64,000 nt of DNA from Methanobacteriota archaeon (GTDB lineage: Archaea; Thermoplasmatota; E2; DHVEG-1). A program made the translations under genes and the position numbers. The notes beneath the pieces were generated by a model. That model saw only the letters and a list, made by a program, of their open reading frames with translations, made no database searches and had not been told where the DNA came from. This document shows, piece after piece, positions 19,021 through 27,700 of this stretch (within the stretch, counting starts at the first letter, position 1; each line of letters opens with the position of its first letter). The stretch lies in the NCBI GenBank assembly GCA_017885605.1, contig JAFNFT010000071.1, forward strand, positions 85,519 to 149,518, in the 5' to 3' direction.

Positions 19021-21029
19021 TTAGAACCGCCTTTTGCCTTTTCCAATACAACCTCTGGCTCTCGGCTATAGTCTGCTACAACCTTTCCGACTTCCTTATA
19101 CGAGCGCAGATTATTTTTTCTCATCCATTCCAATACAATAATTCTATTTTTAACCTCTGAAATGAGCTGCGCATCGCTCCATCCTTTCTTACTTTGAGTT
19201 CTATCAAGTAAGATGCTTTTTGCTTCTTTCTTAAAATGATCCTCTGATTCGGAAACCCATGAAAAAGGGATTGAAAAAATTAGTTTGTTCGTACTAGGCT
19301 CCATTTTTATTATTTCGATAACATTGGTGATTCTTCGAGCAGGTTTCCCATTTATCACAGTAGCTTTTAAAAACACGACAAGATTAAGGGAGATAAGAAG
19401 TGCTTTCGGCAAAGAAATAGGGGGATTCTCCAGCCTCTGAACCAACGTATGAATATCACTTGCATGAATTGTTGAATATGAAATATGACCAGTAGCCATC
19501 GCTTGGAAAAGAGCATAGGCTTCTTGCCCACGTATCTCACCTACGATTACAACTTGTGGCCGCTGACGCAGTGCAGCCCTAGTAAGATCAAACATATCAA
19601 TATCTTTACTAGTTTTATGTTCTGCAGATTGAGAAAAACCAGTTCTCGTAGTACTCGCTATCCAGTTCTCATGGGGGAGCATCAGTTCTCTGGTATCCTC
19701 TATGGAAAAAATCTTATATGCAGCAGGTAAAAAAAGTGCAAAAGCATTCAATGTGGATGTCTTCCCAGAAGCAGTACCCCCACAGAAGAGAATAGATGCA
19801 CCATTTTCAATGGCAAGCCAGAAATATGCCGCCATCTCCAATGACATCGTGCCGGTATTAATCAAATCAATTGGAGTGAAGGGATCCTCTCGAAATCTCC
19901 TAATGGTAAATGTTGAAAATGGCGTCACGGTTTTCGCCAACATTACCGATAGCCGAGACCCATCCGCAAGTTTCCCATCGATAATCGGTTCATAAATTGA
20001 GATTTGTTTACCGCAAATCTGAGCCAATTTCACCGCAAAAGAATCCAATTCATCAGGATTTTCAAAGACGATGTTGCTCTTTATCGATTCATATGTTTTA
20101 TGATAAATAAAAATAGGGATATTAGGACCGTCACAAGAAATATCCTCAATACCTTCGTCATGCATCAATATATCGATTTTACCATATCCTGTGAACTCTT
20201 GAAAAATATAGTAAAAGATTTTATCCTTGGAGATTTCGCTGAGTTTAATATGGCCATCAACAATAATTTTTTGTAATGATTCATCCAGCTTTATTGATTT
20301 TTCAACGGTGTTACTTTCGAAAACATCAATAGTGGAACGTAATTCAAACAACTCAAGGAGTTTGTTTTTTATTTCTTGTTCCTCTTTTTCCAGCGAAGGC
20401 TCATGTACCTCATAGACGTAGGTCTTACTATTTTTATCAAACTTGATTACCCGACTTCCAAGACCTTTCCATCCAAAACCTGTTCGTTCGTCGTCTGCCT
20501 TCTCGCTGCTTTTTTTCTGTAACCCTTGTTGATCGTTTGATACAAAATCTTCTGATGCATTTAGAGTTTTTCCCCTTTGTGGTATTGGTAATTCTTTGGT
20601 TTTTTCAGGTGGTTTCATTACTTGTTGTAATTTTTGTGGTGCCATTGATTCTTTTTGAACCCCTGCGTCATCGTTTTCTCCTATCAACCTCGTGCGGAAC
20701 TCTGAGTCATCCGTCTGGTCTATATTTGCATCTCTTGTTTTTATCCCAAGAATATTTTTTAGTTGTCGTTCCACAGAGGCCATAAATTTAAAATTAGGGT
20801 TGTCGGTGGTGGGAATATCTGAAATAACGTTTCCTGATTCAACGGTTTTTTCATTAAAAATATCCTTTGAACATGTAACAAGCTCAAATTCCTGAGGTTT
20901 TTCCTCTATTTTTCCCAGCATTTCCTCTTTTCGAAGTATTTTTATTATCTCAGGTTCGTCCTTCATTGAAACCTCCAAAAAACAACTTTTTGTATTTGGA
21001 GAAAACAGAAATCTTCTTGACAGTATCAA
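19017..21029 (-). CDS. Type IV pilus assembly ATPase (FlaI/TadA/GspE-VirB11 family) with a long acidic N-terminal extension
   Basis: Walker A FCGGTASGKTSTLNAF, Asp box/Walker B RPQVVIVGEIRGQEA, His box ATGHISYSTIHASD. The ~190 aa before the conserved core are low-complexity and acidic. Confidence 0.85.
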   Translation of the reverse strand: MILSRRFLFSPNTKSCFLEVSMKDEPEIIKILRKEEMLGKIEEKPQEFELVTCSKDIFNEKTVESGNVISDIPTTDNPNFKFMASVERQLKNILGIKTRDANIDQTDDSEFRTRLIGENDDAGVQKESMAPQKLQQVMKPPEKTKELPIPQRGKTLNASEDFVSNDQQGLQKKSSEKADDERTGFGWKGLGSRVIKFDKNSKTYVYEVHEPSLEKEEQEIKNKLLELFELRSTIDVFESNTVEKSIKLDESLQKIIVDGHIKLSEISKDKIFYYIFQEFTGYGKIDILMHDEGIEDISCDGPNIPIFIYHKTYESIKSNIVFENPDELDSFAVKLAQICGKQISIYEPIIDGKLADGSRLSVMLAKTVTPFSTFTIRRFREDPFTPIDLINTGTMSLEMAAYFWLAIENGASILFCGGTASGKTSTLNAFALFLPAAYKIFSIEDTRELMLPHENWIASTTRTGFSQSAEHKTSKDIDMFDLTRAALRQRPQVVIVGEIRGQEAYALFQAMATGHISYSTIHASDIHTLVQRLENPPISLPKALLISLNLVVFLKATVINGKPARRITNVIEIIKMEPSTNKLIFSIPFSWVSESEDHFKKEAKSILLDRTQSKKGWSDAQLISEVKNRIIVLEWMRKNNLRSYKEVGKVVADYSREPEVVLEKAKGGSK

Positions 21030-21111
21030 TTATTAATACTCTATCCATCTGATGAATCCCATCCTCTATCAGTCCCTGTTTTTTTTTATGTAACCATCTG
21101 TAATGCTAGAA

Positions 21112-21127
21112 CATTACAATTGTAATG
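21112..21127. promoter_or_regulatory. Perfect 16-bp palindrome cattacaattgtaatg ~85 bp upstream of the pilus-operon ATPase gene
   Basis: Read directly; self-complementary. Embedded in tgtaaccatctgtaatgctagaacattacaattgtaatg, which has further GTAAT/ATTAC half-sites. Confidence 0.35.
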
Positions 21128-21311
21128 AATATCTTACCAATATAAAATATTAACGGATGAAAAATTACGAGCATATTTTTGAACGATAAAACTGAAACGG
21201 ATACATACCTCCAAAGAACAATGGTAGAACAGATTGAAGCTTAGAATATCTTTGGTATTATATGTTTTACCTCAAAATTACCTCAAAATATTTTTTTGTT
21301 ACAAGAATGTT

Positions 21312-22616
21312 TTAAGCATATTTTCTAATTACCAAAATGATAATAACAATTGCTATCCCCAAAAATGTGAAAATAAGGTAATCAAATAAAGGAGATCTCT
21401 GTAAATCTTTACCGGGCGAGGTTGAAATAAAGATGGTGACATATTCTGTCGCTGTATCACTAACACCATCGTTATCAATAACCCTTAGAGATATCTGATA
21501 TGTTCCTCCATGAGAATAATTATGACCAGGATTCCTCACATTCGAAGTTACTCCATCCCCAAAATCCCAACTCCAAGAAACCACTACTCCGTCAGCATCT
21601 AATGATGTATCGGTGAACAATATCGTATCATTAATCTTTGGAAGAAACGGTGAAAAAAACGTAAACATAGCGGTAGGCCCCACATTTAACGCGGATATCT
21701 TCCGAGAAACCTGATTTACTGCTTGATCATCATCAACAATACTCAAAGTCACAATATACGATCCATTATCAACATACTGATGTGTCACATTCTGCAATGT
21801 AGACGTATTTCCATCACCGAAATCCCAAAACCATGAAACAATATGGCCATCGAAATCTGTCGACGTATCATTAAAAGTCACGATTTGTAGATCAGTAGGA
21901 ATAAGGGGAGAAAAACTAAAATGAGCAACAGGCGGTACCGTAAACGGTTTCATCAACGGATGCATATCAAAACTACCAGCACCAGCAATACGATAGGAGG
22001 TATCACCAAATCCATCCCTATCACCATCCACACCGGTATAATCATCCCAATAGTTTCCACCGTGGAGATAACCAGCATCCCAGGAGTTCCTCCCCAGATC
22101 ATACGCATTCTGCGTATTATTCAAAAAATTATTATTATAGATAACGTTGTTAAAAACACTTCCTAAAAACATACCGTACTCTGCATCTCGAAAAGTGTTT
22201 TCCGTAATAATACTACCAGACGAATTATATATTCTAATACCACAGGTACCATTTTTGATTGTACAACCACATATCGTCACATTATCAGCAGAAATATTTA
22301 CAACATCTTTAGTTCCACAGCCATCAATAATCACATTTCCTTTACCAGTACGATTTACATTGATAGTTTTATTGATAACTATATTTCCACGATAGATCCC
22401 TGCAAAAACATATACAGTACCGTTTTCCGTTACCGCATCAATACCATCTTGAATAAACTGAAATGGATGACCAGATGAACCATCCCAAGGACCCACAGTA
22501 TTGTTACCATTAACAAAAATAGGAGACCCCGCGGCATGTACCGTATCAAATAGAAAAACAAATACAAATGAAAATACCATTAAAAAAACTACGAAGTATA
22601 CCAACTTTTTTTGCAT
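21312..22616 (-). CDS. Cell-surface protein: signal peptide, right-handed parallel beta-helix region, two PKD domains, C-terminal TM anchor
   Basis: N-terminal MQKKLVYFVVFLMVFSFVFVFLF...VHAAG. Beta-helix-like repeats NVTICGCTIKNGTCGIRIYNSSGSIITENTF. Two WxWDFGDG PKD motifs (SWFWDFGDGNTS, SWSWDFGDGVTS). C-terminal LIFTFLGIAIVIIILVIRKYA. Confidence 0.75.
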   Translation of the reverse strand: MQKKLVYFVVFLMVFSFVFVFLFDTVHAAGSPIFVNGNNTVGPWDGSSGHPFQFIQDGIDAVTENGTVYVFAGIYRGNIVINKTINVNRTGKGNVIIDGCGTKDVVNISADNVTICGCTIKNGTCGIRIYNSSGSIITENTFRDAEYGMFLGSVFNNVIYNNNFLNNTQNAYDLGRNSWDAGYLHGGNYWDDYTGVDGDRDGFGDTSYRIAGAGSFDMHPLMKPFTVPPVAHFSFSPLIPTDLQIVTFNDTSTDFDGHIVSWFWDFGDGNTSTLQNVTHQYVDNGSYIVTLSIVDDDQAVNQVSRKISALNVGPTAMFTFFSPFLPKINDTILFTDTSLDADGVVVSWSWDFGDGVTSNVRNPGHNYSHGGTYQISLRVIDNDGVSDTATEYVTIFISTSPGKDLQRSPLFDYLIFTFLGIAIVIIILVIRKYA

Positions 22617-22974
22617 GTTTCTCCGCGCAACAATAAAATCATACTGTCTTTATATAATATGATTTAAAAAAATATAGAGTGATATACTTTTTGTTCATTT
22701 TATATTTGCAATGAAATGAGTCTAACATAAATAAGGGATGTGAGAAATACTTAGATATTGTTAAACTCATATCATTGCTTATCCGTATGGGTTCAATCCA
22801 ATTGTTATTGCAACAATTAATACCATAGGTATAACAACAGAAATTCCTCTATTATCATCTTTCACAAGTTTTCTATGTGCTTTTATCCTCATCACCACCT
22901 ATCAAATTAAAATTACGATAAAATTACAGAAGCATTACATAATATAAATATTTTTTGGTAGGCAGTTGAAAAAT

Positions 22975-22998
22975 TCGTGAGAACTAAATAGTTCACGA
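22975..22998 (-). terminator. Imperfect inverted repeat cgtgagaacta-aa-tagttcacg followed on the minus strand by a T-run, just 3-prime of the histidine kinase at 23006
   Basis: Read directly. Archaeal intrinsic terminators are oligo-T tracts, sometimes with hairpins. Confidence 0.25.
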
Positions 22999-23005
22999 TT
23001 TCGTC

Positions 23006-24706
23006 TCATTCTTTTTCCAAACCAAACACATCTGCTCCTTTAAAACGCTCCTCGATATTAACAACAGATTCAACCGGTAAGGTAAACCGAAACGTACTTC
23101 CTTCTCCAGGTTTCCCTGTACTTTCAACCCAAATACGACCACCATGAGCAAGAATAATACCATAACAAATCGCAAGACCTAGGCCGGCTCCACCAAATTT
23201 TGTATCTGCATCAGAATCTACTTGATAGAAAGTCTGGAAGATTTTCTTATGATGTTCTTCTGGTATGCCTCTGCCGTAATCCTGCACCTCAAACAAAACA
23301 TCTTCCTTTTCTTTCCTTACTTTGATATGTATCATTGAACTATCCGGTGAGAACTTTATAGCGTTGTTTAAAAGATTGATGATAACTTGCGAAATCCGGT
23401 CTTTATCGATAGTTAATTCAGGGACATCTATTCCCATTTCTGCTATAATTTTTATTCTTTTTAAATCTGCGGATGCCTGCATAGTTTCCGCGACTTCTTT
23501 TACCATTTTTGTTACATCTGTTTTTTCAGTAACAAATTTCATCGTCCCAGATTCCAGTCGTGAAATATCGAGAATGTCTTGGATGAGACGATTCAGACGA
23601 TTTGTATTCCGTAAGATAACCTCCAAGGAATGTTTTTGTTCATCATTGATCGTTCCCAGATTACCTTTTAAAATCATTTGAATGTGGCCTTTGATCGCTG
23701 ACATCGGTGTACGTAGTTCGTGAGATGTGATATTTAAAAAAGCTGATTTTATTTGACTTAGCCGTCTTAGTTTATTAGTGGTTTCATCCAAATCCTTCAT
23801 GATGTTAAGAGTTGCGATCTCACTTTCTTTCAATTCAACAATTTTTTTATCGAGTTCTTTTGTTCGTCCTTCAATTTTTTCCTCAAGATTCTTTTGTGCA
23901 TCTAATAATTTTTTGCGCGCAACATTTAAAGATTGTCTCATTACTTCAAATGACTGACTCAATTCGCCTATTTCATCTTTTCTTTTAACATCCACTGTGA
24001 TATTAGTATTACCTATACTGATTTCTTTGGTGGTCTTGTTCAGTTTCTTAATATCTTTAATAAGTGTCAGAGAGAATAATCCAATGATACTTGCAGCAAT
24101 AAGAATCGCCACCCCGAGGATCCCATAAATCGTATTACCAATAAAATTCTGTTTTTCGATTACTTTCGTAATTGATATATCAAATCCAACGATCGCTACC
24201 ACAGTACCACTCGAAGTTTTTACCGGAGCATACCCTGAAAGAAGAGTCCCCCACCGGTCCGTAGAAAAATCTGTTTCTGCGATAGGGTGATCAAAACCTT
24301 GTAAGAGTACCGGGGTGGCGTTATAGATTTCGCCGATTGCAGCTCCGGGATCTTTAGGGTTACCATAATCTGCATCGACAATAAATTGAATTTGATTCGC
24401 AACTTTTCTCATTGTATAGACATATTTTATATCTGGATGAGAATCTCGTATATTCTTTAATTGGTCGCGAATTGATAGGAATTGAGTGGTATTTTCATTA
24501 CCAGGTTTCAATAAGGCAAGCGTGTCCCCATCTATCTGCGTTGCTGTTGTCGATGCCAGTGCGGTCAGTTCATCTCGTATTATTTCATTTAATGCTCTTT
24601 TTGCTTCAGTATATGTATATGTGAAGGTCAAGCCAGAAATGACTATTATTAAAACAATAAAACTTAGAATTAACTTTATTTGTAAGCTATGTATCATTTT
24701 GACCAT
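23006..24706 (-). CDS. Membrane sensor histidine kinase with extracellular Cache-like domain, HAMP/coiled coil, HisKA and HATPase_c
   Basis: TM1 ILSFIVLIIVISGLTF. A ~170-aa periplasmic domain. TM2 IYGILGVAILIAASIIGLFSLTLI. H-box TSHELRTPMSAIKGHIQMI. G-box GGAGLGLAICYGIILAHGGRIWVES. Confidence 0.85.
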   Translation of the reverse strand: MVKMIHSLQIKLILSFIVLIIVISGLTFTYTYTEAKRALNEIIRDELTALASTTATQIDGDTLALLKPGNENTTQFLSIRDQLKNIRDSHPDIKYVYTMRKVANQIQFIVDADYGNPKDPGAAIGEIYNATPVLLQGFDHPIAETDFSTDRWGTLLSGYAPVKTSSGTVVAIVGFDISITKVIEKQNFIGNTIYGILGVAILIAASIIGLFSLTLIKDIKKLNKTTKEISIGNTNITVDVKRKDEIGELSQSFEVMRQSLNVARKKLLDAQKNLEEKIEGRTKELDKKIVELKESEIATLNIMKDLDETTNKLRRLSQIKSAFLNITSHELRTPMSAIKGHIQMILKGNLGTINDEQKHSLEVILRNTNRLNRLIQDILDISRLESGTMKFVTEKTDVTKMVKEVAETMQASADLKRIKIIAEMGIDVPELTIDKDRISQVIINLLNNAIKFSPDSSMIHIKVRKEKEDVLFEVQDYGRGIPEEHHKKIFQTFYQVDSDADTKFGGAGLGLAICYGIILAHGGRIWVESTGKPGEGSTFRFTLPVESVVNIEERFKGADVFGLEKE

Positions 24707-24758
24707 ATTACCACCATATTCGTGAGTATTTTTTCTCTAAAGTATGAAGAATGGACTC

Positions 24759-27700
24759 CTACATTTCTCCTTTCAATTTTTCCTCCAATTCCGCTATTCT
24801 TTTTTTCAATTCAATCATTTTTAGTTCTCTATTTACTGTTAATTTTTTATATAGTTCAAGGGCATCAATTTCCTCCTTTAACTTTTTTTCAAGTTGTTTT
24901 TGCATGGTGATATCTCTGACAGTTGCCTGGAGAAATACCTTTCCACCCTGCACGACCCTTGATAAGAGCACCGTTGCGAAAAAATCCTCGCCATTGATTC
25001 GTTTGTGTGTCCACTCGAAGAATTTGGATCCATTGCGCATTGCTGTTTCAATCATCTCTTTAGCCTTCTCTGCTGAAGAACGTCCGTCTGGTTGGCGTTC
25101 GGGAGATAAATTCTCAGGTCCTTTGGAAGTGAATTCCTCTTCGTTCTTAACCTTGAACATTTCTAGTGTTGCCGGGTTTCCAGTTGTGAAATTCCAGGTC
25201 GGAGGCTCAAGGGTCATGATAGCGTCACGGGAGCTTTCAAAAAGAACCCGATGCCGTTCTTCACTATCCAGTAGCGCTTCCTCCGACCGCTTACGTTCGG
25301 TGATGTCTTTTGTTATAGCTACGAATGATAGTGGATTGCCAGAGGCATCTCTGATTAGGCACGCTGAAAGTTCTGCTGGAAACTCCTGACCGTCTTTCGT
25401 CAATAGGGTGTATTCTAAATTCTTTACCGATTCCGACTCAAGGGTTTCCTTTAAACTTTCTTTTGCCCTTTCGAGGTCTTTCGGTGAAAATAATTCTAAG
25501 GCATTTTTACCGATTAATTCCTTTTTATTAAAGCCATGCAACATTGATGTTGCTTGGTTACATTCGATAATGTTTCCATTTAGATCCGTGACGGTGATTG
25601 CGTCAGGAGATGAATCAAGTATTCGCCTTAGTTTTTCTGCGCTTTCAATGACTTCTTTTTCTGCCTTCTTGCGTTCGGTGATATCGGTGACCGTCCCAAT
25701 CCATCTGATGGGATGTCCGTCCGGCGTCCTTGCTACGGCGCCCCGCGCTGTCCACCACCGGCAGGTCCCATCTTTCGTTCGAACACGATATTCGATAGCA
25801 TAGGGCATGCGTTCGTCCAGATACGCCTGAACTGCAGCCGCAACGCGCTTCTTGTCCTCCGGATGGATCAAGTCCGTCCAAGCGTCAAATGTTCTCGGGA
25901 ACTCGCCTGGACCATAACCGAGCATCTCATCAATTTTTCCAAACCACTGAACGCTGTGTTGCAGGTCCCATTCGTACACCGCATCGTTTGAGGTCTCGGC
26001 GGCAATGCGAAAGCGTTCTTCTGTCTCGTGCAGTCTCTCCTCCATCCGCTTGCGCTCGGTGATATCTGCAAACGATGCCTCCATGCAGACTGGCTTACCA
26101 GCAGCATCCACTGTCATGCTTGCCGAAACCTGAACCTCAAAGAGAGCGCCATTCTTTCTATGAGCTACCAATTCCCCGATCCAACCTCCGCGAGTGCGCA
26201 ACGCATCTATGACTTCTGCTGCTTTTTCGCCCATCTGCCAGAATTCCGTAGCCGATTTCCTCAGTATTTCTGCTGAGGAACTATATCCCCACAACTTGAG
26301 AAATGCGGGATTCACATAGTTCAGGTTTCCCTGTAAGTCGGAGATTGCAATGGCGTTTATCGCCGATTCGATGACCCAATCCTTTACCCGCAGCGCCTCC
26401 TCCGCCTGCTTGCGCTCGGTGATGTCTCTTAGAATGCCCATCGTCCCTATTGGGTTACCCTTATCATCCTTGATAATAAAAGCAGATAAAATGGCAGGAA
26501 ATTTTTCCTTATTTTTTCTGATGTTTATTACGTCACCACTCCATCTCTCTTTCACAGCTATATCCTGCATAACTTTTTTGGCAACCATTGGATCGGCATC
26601 GAGTTCAGCTATGTTTAGCTTCAAGAATTCCTCAGAGGTATATCCAAATGCGCTGATAGCGGATTCATTTGCGTAAGTAATATTTCCCTTCACGTCAGTA
26701 AGCATAAAGCAATCAAAGGCGCTAGCGATAGCATCGGAAAATATCTTAATTTTCTCCTCTGCTTTCTTGCGCTCGGTGATGTCACGAGATATTGAAAGGA
26801 TCACGTGTTTCCCTGAAGCATCCTTCACAAGTTTCGCTGCGGTATCATAGATATGATACACACCTGATTTATCCCTTAGATGATATTCAAAACGAGAGCT
26901 CGTTCCTGGTTTATACATTCCAATGACTAATTGTTTTAACATGGAGGTAATACTTATCTTATCTTCAGGATGTAGTACGAAGAAACTATCTTGTCCAACC
27001 AGTTCATCAGGAGTATAACCTAACGATTTAATCGAGGGGCTCACATAACGAAAAGTTTTATCAATATTAGTGATAATTATCAGATCATTTGTATTTTCTG
27101 TAATCAACCGATACTTTTCTTGGCTCTCTATCAACGCTCCTTCTGCTTTCTTGCGCTCGGTGATGTCCCTTCCATATAAATTCACATATCCTTCGTCTGC
27201 TACGGGTGAAACGACAAATGAAAAGATTTTATCATTAATTTCTTCTTCTTCTTCTTCTGCTTTCAAATTCTTAGATACAAACTTTTTTCTGATTATGTTA
27301 CGCCATCGCTCTGGGACATCTTCTCCGATATTCGTTTTCCAAAAATCGAGTATCTGAAAACCCGCTTTATTACTATATACAACCTCACCATCCTTTTTAA
27401 TACGCAACACTGGATTAGGGTTCTCCGCTGGGAACTTTGCTAACCTTTTAATTTCTTCCTCTGCTTTCTTGCGCTCGGTGATATCCTGAAATACTATTCC
27501 TTGACTCCCTTCTTCTTCTGCTACTGTTTTTTTCACAACGAAGGAGCGAACATTAAAATCTTTTCCTCTAAATTTCAATTCCTTAGACCTACCATCTACT
27601 TGTAAAAGGTTTTCAAAAACAGCGAAAATCTCCGATGGTACCACATCTTTTAGATTCCTCGTGATATACTCATTTTTCGTTTCTCCAAACGCAGAAATAA

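Noticed and set aside
24751-26676. Multiple ORFs on other frames and strands inside the giant histidine kinase gene (212 aa at 24751, 131 aa at 25408, 78-92 aa at 25645-26107, 108 aa at 26350)
   Set aside because: They cluster in the GC-rich segment, where stop codons are rare in all frames, and opposite Ser/Ala-rich stretches. The minus-strand 1715-aa ORF is validated by eleven PAS junctions and the kinase boxes.
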